A DNA stretch of 64,000 nucleotides from Treponemataceae bacterium (GTDB taxonomy: Bacteria; Spirochaetota; Spirochaetia; Treponematales; Treponemataceae). The position numbers and the translations under genes were made by a program. This document shows, piece by piece, positions 19,198 through 27,900 of the stretch. Each line of letters starts with the position of its first letter. The first letter of the stretch is position 1. Location: the NCBI GenBank assembly GCA_045631425.1, contig JAZQUR010000105.1:13917-77916 (forward strand), read 5' to 3'. Below the pieces are notes generated by a model. That model did not search any database. It was given only the letters and a program-made list of their open reading frames with translations, and was not told the origin of the DNA.

Positions 19198-19326
19198 CTA
19201 ACGATTTTCAGTTTCTGATAATGTTATGAATTTTCTGTCATCAAAATTCTCTAGTACTTTCATTTGCTGAATAGCTATTTTGTTTAATTTTTCTAAGCGT
19301 TCAGTTTGTGGAAATCCTTCATTTAT
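19198..19326 (-). pseudogene. Detached 3' fragment (42 codons + stop) of the KilA-N gene, separated from its body by the repeat+IS insertion
   Basis: The open minus-strand frame reads INEGFPQTERLEKLNKIAIQQMKVLENFDDRKFITLSETENR*. Deleting 19330-20787 in silico joins it in frame to ...NLNAVF of ORF 20779-21489. Confidence 0.7.
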
Positions 19327-19369
19327 AAAGGTGGTCAAGATGTCATTATATAAATGTTTAGGAAAAAGT

Positions 19370-19570
19370 GGTACTCTGATTTGACGGAATCAGAGAGTCG
19401 GCGGAAGGTTCTAACGTCCCGTGAAGAAGCCTTTACAAAAGTAATCACTTACTTCGAGGTCAAGATTAATCAAAACCGACCGTCGTATGACATAAATGCA
19501 GCAAGGGGACATTTCCCCTTGACTGCGAATAGGAGTACGGCTAACCACAACCAGACATTTACTCCTGATT
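19370..19570 (+). ncRNA. Candidate IS110 bridge RNA (target-binding and donor-binding loops)
   Basis: AACGTCCC (19413-19420) is the reverse complement of the right target half. GGTCAAG (19458-19464) equals the left target half. TATGACAT (19486-19493) is the reverse complement (7/8) of the left IS terminus. ATAGGAG (19529-19535) equals the right IS terminus. Closing stems: GTCGG/CCGAC, a 12-bp hairpin at 19498-19526, and AGGAGTA/TACTCCT. The exact 5' and 3' ends are unknown. Confidence 0.6.
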
Positions 19571-19595
19571 CCATTTTATCATAAAGAGGAAACAA

Positions 19596-20676
19596 ATGGA
19601 ACAGAAACGATTTGTAGGAATTGACCTAGGAAAAAGAACTTTTGAAATAAAGTTCATAACAAGCAATGGAAGTGTGACAGGCACAAATGGAAAAACTTGT
19701 CCATCGGGAAGAAAAGAATTATATAAAAAAACTTCTTCCTACAGATAGAATAGCAATAGAAGTTTGTTCATTAGGAATGGTAATGGCAAAAGAAATAATA
19801 CAACAAGTTGGAGCTGAAGTAGTTTTATTAAATCCAAGCCAAATTGCTTTAATTTATCGCTCTGTAAAAAAGAATGATAAAGAAGATGCCTTAAAACTTG
19901 CAAGACTTGTTCAAAAGTTCACAAATGAAGAATTACCAAAAGTTGAATTGCCAACGGAACATGAAGAAAACTTACGACAAATTTTAACAGAATTAAGACA
20001 GTTAAAAAATGATAGAACAAAAGAAATAAATAGAGTTCATGCAATTTTTGTTGAATGTGGTATTACAGAAATAAAAAAGAGTAATTTAGCTACACACAAA
20101 AATCGAAGTGAATGTATAAGAATACTTAAAGGTATTTTCTTATCACAAGCAGAAAGAAGTTTAAGAAAACTTGAACTGATAGAAACTCAAATATTAGAAG
20201 TAGAAGAACTTTTGGATAAAGAAATTGATGGAGATAAAAGTATAGAAACTTTAATTACAGTCCCAGGAGTAGGAAAACAACTTGCGTCTTCTTTTGTTGC
20301 ATTTTTGGGAGATGGTTCTAGATATCCGAATGTATCTTCAATTGGGGCAGCAACAGGGCTTGTTCCACGACTTGATATGTCTGGTACAAGTTTAAGATTA
20401 GGGCATATAACAAAAAAAGGAAATTCAAATTTGAGATCATTACTTATTCTTGCGGCATGGTCACATGTAAGAGCAAAAAATGGAGGTGCTCTTAAAGAGA
20501 AATATTTATATATGACTATAGCTCAAAGCAAAAGTAAAAAAGTTGCTATTGTTGCGATAGCAAGAAAAATAGCAGAGTTAATGTATTCTTTATTAAAAAA
20601 TAATACACAATACGAAAAAAGAGCTCCTGTATCTATTAAAAAATTAGCAACAGAAGCTCTTGTAGTAGCTAGTTAA
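19596..20676 (+). pseudogene. IS110-family DEDD recombinase/transposase, frame broken by one extra A in an A7 run
   Basis: Frame 0 reads MEQKRFVGIDLGKRTFEI...KELYKKTSSYR*. The +1 frame continues ...LLPTDRIAIEVCS, KNDKEDA, VPGVGKQLA, DMSGTS, ITKKGNSNLR. Removing one A from 19725-19731 gives a 359-aa ORF. Confidence 0.85.
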
Positions 20677-20700
20677 AACATGGAATCAGGAGTCATGGTA

Positions 20701-20706
20701 TTGACA
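20701..20706 (+). promoter_or_regulatory. Outward-facing perfect -35 hexamer (TTGACA) in the IS right end
   Basis: It lies 11 nt from the IS end. After circularisation it would sit 17 nt from CATTAT (19344-19349) in the left end. Confidence 0.4.
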
Positions 20707-20717
20707 AATATCATAGG

Positions 20718-20782
20718 AGGGACGTTTCACTTAAACCCTTGACTCACCTTTGTTTCTGGTCTTCAAACATTGTAGAACCTAA
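20718..20782 (+). repeat. 73-bp hairpin repeat, copy A (right part; the 10-bp left part is at 19330-19339, split by the IS)
   Basis: GGACGTTTCACTTAAACCCTTGACTCACCTTTGTTTC is near-identical to 23425-23461 (36/37 over these 37 nt). ATAAA flanks the composite on both sides (19325-19329 and 20783-20787). The element supplies the TAG stop of the truncated KilA-N ORF. Confidence 0.75.
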
Positions 20783-21489
20783 ATAAAAACAGCATTCAAG
20801 TTTTCCATATTGCTTAGACAAATCAACTGATTAATTGTTGCGTAATCTCTGATGTTTCCTTTTAAGTCTGGATTTTCATCTCGCCATTCTCTAGCAGTTT
20901 TTCCAAACATCGCCACGTTTAACATGTCAGCTTCATCAGCATAGACGAATGATTTTTGTGCTGGAGTTAGTTCTTGCGGAATTAGATTTTGTTTGATTGC
21001 GTCTGTGTGGATTCTGTAATTGATTTTTGCAAGTTCCCTTTTTGCTGACCAACCAAGGAGTTTTTGTTCTTCTTCTTTTAGGCGTTGGAATTCTTCAATT
21101 AGGTATAGTTTAAAAGGTACACTGATAGCAGAACCGAATTCGAAAGCAATGTCTTTATGTGCGTATGTTCCACCATAACGACCTTTTTTGACAACAATTC
21201 CAATTGCGTTTGTTTTTTCTATCCATTCACTACAACTTAAAACAAAAGATGGTAATCCTGCTTGCATTTTAAAGTGGTCAAATTCGACCACTTTAAAATC
21301 TGGATTATGAATCATTTCCCAAGTTCCAAGGAATTCTATTGTATAACGATTTCTCAGCCAATTTTTAATAACATCAGCAGCTCTAGATTCATTTTCTTTA
21401 GCACCAGCCATATCTGTAAGACTAATATAGTCTTTCTCTTCAAAATTGATAATTGTAACTTCGGTATTTTGAACATTAATCTTTGCCAT
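20779..21489 (-). CDS. KilA-N domain protein, 3'-truncated by insertion of the 73-bp repeat
   Basis: KilA-N-type N-terminal pattern (YISLTDMA, TIEFLGTWE, GRYGGTYAHKDIAFEF). The ORF ends ...NAVFI* with the stop inside the repeat. Only 12 nt downstream of recQ. Confidence 0.75.
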   Translation of the reverse strand: MAKINVQNTEVTIINFEEKDYISLTDMAGAKENESRAADVIKNWLRNRYTIEFLGTWEMIHNPDFKVVEFDHFKMQAGLPSFVLSCSEWIEKTNAIGIVVKKGRYGGTYAHKDIAFEFGSAISVPFKLYLIEEFQRLKEEEQKLLGWSAKRELAKINYRIHTDAIKQNLIPQELTPAQKSFVYADEADMLNVAMFGKTAREWRDENPDLKGNIRDYATINQLICLSNMENLNAVFI

Positions 21490-21501
21490 TTTTACTTTTC
21501 C

Positions 21502-23349
21502 CTACTTTTTCAAAAAATTCTCGATAGTGCGAACTATAAAATCACCGTACTTTTCGATTTTTCTCTCTCCAAGCCCATACACATCTTCTAGCTCAAAATC
21601 CGAAAGTGGTTTTAGCGCCACAAGTTGCTCCAGCGTTTTATCACCAAAAATGATATAAGGCGGAACATCCTGCTCTTGTGCAAGACTTTTTCGCAATTTC
21701 TTTAGTTCATCGAAAAGCAACTGATCCTTTCTAGAAAGCTGTTTTGCAACTTTTTCCACAGGCGCTTTCCCAATATTTCCAGTTGGAAAAAAAGGCAAAA
21801 AGATTTTCGACCTTTCAAAAAGCTCTTTTCGCGCCTTTTCCGTAAGAGAAATCACACCAAAATCCTCTGACTTTGACAAATATCCATCCCCAATCAAAAG
21901 CTGAGTTAAGTTTATCCAGTCAGTTTTCGAATATTCCGTCCCAATTCCATAAACAGAAAGAGATTGATGATTATTTTTGAGGATTTTTTCCTGCTTTGAG
22001 CCCAGCAAAACATCAATTACATAGTGAGTCCCAAATCTCTCTTGTGTGCGAAGAATTGCAGACATCAACTTTTGACAAGGAATTGTAACATCCATCAAAA
22101 GAGAGTTTTTATTTTGACAACATGAACAACAAGTTTCGACCTCCTCTTCTGAAGTTGGCTCAATTTTTTCCCCAAAATGATTTAACAAAAATGCTCTTTT
22201 ACAAGTTTGAGTTTCTGCATACTGAACCATCTTTTTGAGCTGCTCGTGAGCAATTATTTGCTCCTTTCCAGGCTTTTCATCAATAAAAAAGCTGATTTTC
22301 TTTGTGTCACCGTAACTGTAAAGCAGCAGCGCAGTTGACGGAAGCCCATCTCGTCCAGCCCGACCAATTTCCTGATAATACTGTTCTATAGATTTCGGCA
22401 AGTCATAGTGAATTACATATCTTACATTGGGCTTGTTTATTCCCATACCAAAAGCAAGGGTAGCCACGATAATCTTTACATCATCTTTGATAAAGGCATT
22501 TTGATTTTGACTTCGCACTTCATCCGACAAACCTGCATGATATGGAAGCACAGAAAATCCCGCAATTTTTAGCAAAGAAGACAATTCATCAACTTTTTTC
22601 CGAGAAAAACAATAAATTATCCCGCTTTCCTTTGAGTGACTTTTCGCAAAATCCAAAGTTATTTCATCAGCTCGAGAAAGCTTTATCCCATGGATTTTTT
22701 TGTTGCTTGACCCACTTTTAGAAGTTACCTCTAAAAAGATGTTTGGACGATTAAAACTTGAAACGTACTGAAAAAATCCACGAGTTTTACCCAGTTGTAA
22801 AGTCGTTACAATATCTTTTCTAACAGTTTCCGTAGCTGTAGCAGTTAAGGCAAGACAAACAGCTTTTGGAAATTGCTTTGTGATTTCAGCAATTCGACGA
22901 TATTCGGGACGAAAATCGTGTCCCCACTCAGAAATACAATGCGCCTCATCAATGGTGATACAAGAAACTTCCACTTCCGATAAAAGATTTTGGATACGTT
23001 CTGTTACAAGAGTTTCTGGCGCCAAATATAAAAGCTTAATCTCGCCTTTCCGAATTAAATTCATGTTGTAAAGATATTCGTCCCAATCAAGTGTGGAATT
23101 CAAAAAAAGGGAAGGAATCCCCACAGAGTTTAGACCTTCAACTTGGTCTTCCATCAAAGCGATAAGAGGGGAAATTACAACTGTAAGCCCAGAAAACACA
23201 AGACTCGGAATCTGATAACAAAGAGATTTTCCGCCACCAGTTGGCATAATAGCTAAAGTGTCTTTTCCTGCAAGAATAGAGTCTATTATTTCTTTTTGTC
23301 CCGGGCGAAAATCGCTATATCCATAATATTGTTTTAAAAGTTTCTTCAT
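21502..23349 (-). CDS. recQ: ATP-dependent DNA helicase RecQ
   Basis: YFGYSDFRPGQ-type start, PTGGGKSLCYQ, DEAHCISEWGHDFRPEY, the Zn-binding Cys cluster, RQC, and a C-terminal HRDC-like segment. Confidence 0.95.
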   Translation of the reverse strand: MKKLLKQYYGYSDFRPGQKEIIDSILAGKDTLAIMPTGGGKSLCYQIPSLVFSGLTVVISPLIALMEDQVEGLNSVGIPSLFLNSTLDWDEYLYNMNLIRKGEIKLLYLAPETLVTERIQNLLSEVEVSCITIDEAHCISEWGHDFRPEYRRIAEITKQFPKAVCLALTATATETVRKDIVTTLQLGKTRGFFQYVSSFNRPNIFLEVTSKSGSSNKKIHGIKLSRADEITLDFAKSHSKESGIIYCFSRKKVDELSSLLKIAGFSVLPYHAGLSDEVRSQNQNAFIKDDVKIIVATLAFGMGINKPNVRYVIHYDLPKSIEQYYQEIGRAGRDGLPSTALLLYSYGDTKKISFFIDEKPGKEQIIAHEQLKKMVQYAETQTCKRAFLLNHFGEKIEPTSEEEVETCCSCCQNKNSLLMDVTIPCQKLMSAILRTQERFGTHYVIDVLLGSKQEKILKNNHQSLSVYGIGTEYSKTDWINLTQLLIGDGYLSKSEDFGVISLTEKARKELFERSKIFLPFFPTGNIGKAPVEKVAKQLSRKDQLLFDELKKLRKSLAQEQDVPPYIIFGDKTLEQLVALKPLSDFELEDVYGLGERKIEKYGDFIVRTIENFLKK

Positions 23350-23414
23350 ATAAAATTATATATCTTTTTTTTGCGAAATTTAAATTTAACCTTAGATTGT
23401 AGGCACAAAATACA

Positions 23415-23487
23415 GTTGGTCAAGGGACGTTTCACTTAAACCCTTGACTCAACTTTGTTTCGATTCTATTTAAATTATAGAATCGAA
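23415..23487 (+). repeat. 73-bp hairpin repeat, copy B (uninterrupted; carries the predicted IS target GGTCAAG|GGACGTT)
   Basis: 8-bp stem GTCAAGGG (23419-23426) / CCCTTGAC (23441-23448) with a 14-nt loop. The distal part (ATTATAGAATCGAAATA) overlaps the last 6 codons of the HD-domain gene. Confidence 0.75.
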
Positions 23488-24789
23488 ATATGATATATAG
23501 TTGATTTTGTACTTACTGTTGGGGAACAAATATTCGTGTAATTCCACAAAATAGTCGTCAGTCATACTAGCGATAAAATCTGCCACAATTCTGTTTGGCT
23601 CAGATTTCTCATAAGGATTTTCATCAGATTTGCCATCACCGGAATTGTAGTAGAAAGTGTTTTTTTTCACAAAATCAATGTGATGTTTAAATATTACAGA
23701 ATCTCGGTTTTCTTTGATTAAGTCGTCCAAAAGTTTGTAGTAAACTTCAGAAAACATTGGCTTGATTTTATTATCTACATCATCTTGGACTTTTTCAGTT
23801 TTATAGATTTTTTCATAGTTCTCTTTTTTGGAGATTTTCAACGCGTTGTAGGATTCCGCACTTAATTGCAAATAATTTTTCCCATAACTATTATTGATAA
23901 TATCTACTGTAAGATTATTAATTATGGCTGCATTATTTGTGCCAATTTCAGAAGATGAAAAATCATTTTCACGTTCAAGGATTTTTGCAGTTATGGCGTC
24001 CTGTCTATCTTTTCCAAGATAAGCAATCATATCACAAATGCGAACAACACATGCTTCCAAAGTGATTGGAACAAGCTTTTTGATTGCGCTATTTCCCTCT
24101 TTGTCGCAGGAAATCATTTGAGCATCAAAACGAGCAAAACCTTCTTCTGAGGATTTTGGAGCTTCGGCTGGTTTATATTCTTTTAGCTCAAACTCACCGT
24201 TATGACAAATTATGCCATCTAAAGTTTGCAAAGAAAGATTACGCTTAAAAATTGTATCTAAAACTCTTGCACTGTGAATATTATGATTAAAGTAAACGGC
24301 AATTTCCTTTTGCATGATTTCAGATAAAAAACTTTCCCCAGCGTGACCAAAAGGTGTATGCCCAATATCGTGGCCAAGAGCAATAGCCTCTATCAAATCA
24401 GTGTTTAATCCCAAAACTGCGCCGATGGAACGTGCAATCCGAGAAACAAGCTGAACATGCAAGGCTCTACGAGTTATATCATCATTTTTATAAAAAGAAA
24501 AAACCTGTGTTTTATCGGCATAGCGATTATAAACTGGAAGATGCAAGATTTTCTCTGTATCCCGAACAAAAGCCGGTCGCCAAAGATTTTCCTTATCCCG
24601 TGAATTATCACGTCGCAAAACATCTTGATTTTGAGTTTTGTAAGGACTTTCGAGTTTTTTCCGTTTATCTTCTTCGATTTTTTCTTGGATTTCAGGCAAA
24701 AGTTTTTTATACATAAGTTGATTATAGCATATCCACATAAAAAAAATATAGCCAAAAGTTTTGTTGCTATCTCCTAATAATTTCATCAT
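23470..24789 (-). CDS. HD-domain dGTP triphosphohydrolase-like protein
   Basis: FVRDTEKILH, KTQVF and ALGHDIGHTPFGHAGE motifs. The start is uncertain: ATG 24714 (MYKKLL) is an alternative to 24789. Confidence 0.8.
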   Translation of the reverse strand: MMKLLGDSNKTFGYIFFMWICYNQLMYKKLLPEIQEKIEEDKRKKLESPYKTQNQDVLRRDNSRDKENLWRPAFVRDTEKILHLPVYNRYADKTQVFSFYKNDDITRRALHVQLVSRIARSIGAVLGLNTDLIEAIALGHDIGHTPFGHAGESFLSEIMQKEIAVYFNHNIHSARVLDTIFKRNLSLQTLDGIICHNGEFELKEYKPAEAPKSSEEGFARFDAQMISCDKEGNSAIKKLVPITLEACVVRICDMIAYLGKDRQDAITAKILERENDFSSSEIGTNNAAIINNLTVDIINNSYGKNYLQLSAESYNALKISKKENYEKIYKTEKVQDDVDNKIKPMFSEVYYKLLDDLIKENRDSVIFKHHIDFVKKNTFYYNSGDGKSDENPYEKSEPNRIVADFIASMTDDYFVELHEYLFPNSKYKINYISYFDSII

Positions 24790-24939
24790 AGCTTATTTTA
24801 ACTAGAACTCTTTCAACACTTATAATTCCTTTTTCTCCATGTTATATCTTTTACTAACCATGGATATTAAATTATATGCACAAAATTTTTCATTTTTTGA
24901 AAAATCAAGAAGTTTCAATCTGCTTTCCCATATCCAATA

Positions 24940-24968
24940 TTGAAATAACCCATAAAAATCACTATAAT
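24940..24968 (+). promoter_or_regulatory. Sigma70-type promoter of purL (TTGAAA-17-TATAAT) ending 6 nt before the ATG
   Basis: TTGAAA at 24940-24945, a 17-nt spacer, TATAAT at 24963-24968, and ATG at 24975. There is no SD in between. Confidence 0.55.
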
Positions 24969-24974
24969 ACTAAA

Positions 24975-27900
24975 ATGTTTCGTCTTTATATTGAAAGAAA
25001 AAATGGTTTCGAGAATGAAGTTAACCGCATCTTCGGTGAAATAAAAGGCTTCCTCGGTGTTGATGGCATAACTGGTTTACGTTATCTAAATCGTTATGAT
25101 ATTGAAAATGTTTCAGAAGAAACTATAAAAGCAGCATCTTGCCGCATTTTCTCTGAACCTCAAAGTGATATTTGTTACTTTGACCACATTCCTTTAAATG
25201 AAAATGATACAGTTATTGCTTGGGAATATCTTCCAGGACAATACGACCAACGATCAGATTCAGCAGAACAATGTCTATCTCTTTTAACAGGTGGAAAACC
25301 ATCAAATGTACGTTGTGCAAAAATGGTAGTTCTATCTGGCAATATTTCTCCTGCTGAAATCGAAAAAATCGAAAAATACCTAATCAACCCAGTTGATTCT
25401 CGTCTTGCAAGTCTAGAAATCCCAGAAACTCTAAAAATGACTATGGAACTTCCTGGTGACATTCCAGTTTTCGAAGGATTTACTAAACTTTCAGAAAAAG
25501 AACTTGCTGACCTTCGTGACAAAATGGGTCTTGCTATGGATATGGCAGACATCCTTTTCTTACAAGATTATTTCAAAAAAGAAGGCAGAGATCCTTTTGA
25601 AACAGAAATCCGTGTTTTAGACACATATTGGTCTGACCACTGTCGTCACACAACTTTTAACACAGTTTTAGATGACGTTGAAATCGAAAAATCAGAATTA
25701 ACAGAACCAATCCTATGTTCTCTTGAAGAATACAAAGAACTTAGAAAAGAGCTTTATGCAGAAAGAGCCGAAAACGGTGAAAAACCAACTACTCTTATGG
25801 ACATGGCTTGTATTGGTGCAAAATATCTTAAAAAAATTGGCAAACTTGATGATATTGAACTTTCAGCTGAAATCAATGCTTGTTCTATTTACATTGATGT
25901 TGATGTTACTGACGTTATAAACAATGGCGAAACAAAAACAGAACGCTGGCTTTTACAGTTCAAAAACGAAACTCACAATCACCCAACAGAAATTGAACCA
26001 TTTGGTGGCGCTGCAACTTGTATTGGTGGTGCTATCCGTGACCCACTTTCTGGTCGTGCTTGGGTTTATCAAGCTTTGCGTGTTACTGGTGCTAGTGATC
26101 CAACTGTTCCTCTTTCAAAAACTCGTGACGGTAAACTTCCTCAAATGAAGCTTACTCGTGAAGCTGCAGCTGGTTTCAGTTCATACGGTAACCAAATCGG
26201 TCTTACAACTGGTCAAGTTGCAGAAATCTATCACCCAGGATTTGAAGCAAAACGTATGGAGCTTGGTGCAGTTATCGCAGCAGTTCCAGCAGAAGTTGTT
26301 AAACGCGAAGAACCAGAAGCAGGTGATTGCGTTGTTCTAGTTGGTGGTGGTACAGGTCGTGACGGTATCGGTGGAGCAACTGGTTCATCAAAAGCTCACA
26401 CTGTAAAATCTGTAACAACAGCTGCCGCTGAAGTTCAAAAAGGTAACGCTGTAGAAGAAAGAAAAATCCAACGTCTTTTCCGTAACCGTGATGTATGTCG
26501 TATGATTCGTCGCTGTAACGACTTCGGTGCTGGTGGTGTTTCTGTAGCAGTAGGTGAACTTGCTCCAGGTCTAGACATCAACCTAGACGCAGTTCCAAAA
26601 AAATACGAAGGTCTAAACGGTACAGAACTAGCAATTTCTGAAAGCCAAGAACGTATGGCTCTAGTTGTTCGCGAAAAAGATGTTGATGCAATCATCAAAG
26701 CAGCAAACGACGAAAACCTAAACGCAACAGTTATTGCAAAAGTAACAGATACAAATCGCCTTGTAATGAAATGGCGTGGCAAAACAATCGTTGATATTGA
26801 TAGAAACTTCTTAGACACAGCTGGTGCTAGTCGCAACGCAAGTGCAAAAATCGTTGCACCAGAAAAAGTTTCTTCTCCATTAGCAAGTCCTCTTGCTTCT
26901 GTTGTAGAAGTTCTAAATCAAGATTGTGGATGCAATGGTGGCACAGAAAACAAACCTGGTGAAAAACTTTCTAAAGCATGGCTTACAAACTTAAAAGACT
27001 TAGCAGTTTGTTCTCAACGTGGTCTATCAGAAAGATTTGACGGTTCTATCGGTTCTGCAACAATCAACTTCCCAATGGGCGGTCGTTATCAAGCAACTCC
27101 AGAATCTGGCTGTACTGCAAAAATCCCAGTGCTTCCTCCATTTGAAACAGAAACTTCTAGTTTAATGACATTTGGATATGATCCTCGTGTTGCACAATGG
27201 AGCCCATATCACGGTTCACAAGTTGCAGTTCTTCAATCTCTTGCTCGTATCGCTTCTCTTGGTGGTAAACCAGATTCATGTCGTTTAACTTTCCAAGAAT
27301 ACTTTGAACGTACATCAAGCAAAGAAGCTTGGGGTAAACCAACAGCAGCTCTTTTAGGTGCTCTATCTGCACAAAAAGCAATGGGAACAGCTTCTATCGG
27401 TGGTAAAGACTCTATGTCTGGAACATTCCAAGATCTAAACGTTCCACCAACACTTGTTTCTTTTGCAGTTGCAACAGAAAAAGCTAAAAACGTAAATTCT
27501 GGTGCATTCAAAAAAGCAGACAGCAAAGTTTACTTTATCCCAACTCAATATAACAAAGACTTAACTCCATCTTTCGAAGATTTTAACAACAATGCAAACA
27601 CATTGTACAATCTAAACAAAGACGGAAAAGTTGAAGCAATTTATTCTGTAAGTGCTGGTGGTATTGCAGAAGCTGTTTCAAAAATGGCTTTCGGTAACAA
27701 AATCGGTTTCACATTCGACGGTGATTTCTACGGAAAACTAAAAGCAGCTTATCCAGAACAAGCTTCAATTCTTGCAGGACAAGGAAAAACTTGTACAAGT
27801 TGGCTTTTATTCTTGCCATTGTACGGTTCTCTTATCACAGAAGTTTCTTCAGAAAATGTTGCTGATTTTGAAAAAACATTCGGCGACAAAGCTATTTTCT

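Larger units (their letters stand above)
19340..20717 (+). mobile_element. IS110-family insertion sequence (1378 bp) inserted in a 73-bp hairpin repeat
   Basis: Boundaries come from comparison with the uninterrupted repeat at 23415-23487 (TGGTCAAG|GGACGTTT). AG is present at both junctions (19338-19339 and 20718-20719). Long 256-nt left non-coding end, short 41-nt right end, and no terminal inverted repeats, as expected for IS110. Confidence 0.85.

Noticed and set aside
19354-19584. 76-aa ORF in the ORF track (MFRKKWYSDLTESESRRKV...)
   Set aside because: It lies entirely within the non-coding left end of the IS110 element, has no RBS, and spans the stems and loop arms of the candidate bridge RNA. 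It is much more likely to be a chance ORF in a structured RNA gene.
21502-24789. HD-dGTPase-like, RecQ and KilA-N genes in a co-directional string, considered as a possible anti-phage defence cassette
   Set aside because: RecQ has the full housekeeping architecture (helicase, Zn, RQC, HRDC). The HD protein looks like an ordinary Dgt-family enzyme. A 120-nt gap containing a hairpin repeat separates it from recQ. Nothing in the sequence links the genes functionally beyond the 12-nt recQ/KilA-N spacing.
24790-24974. Possible purine or ZTP riboswitch upstream of purL
   Set aside because: No conserved purine-riboswitch or pfl/ZTP core sequence could be recognised. In addition, a consensus promoter sits directly at the start codon, leaving no room for a leader.
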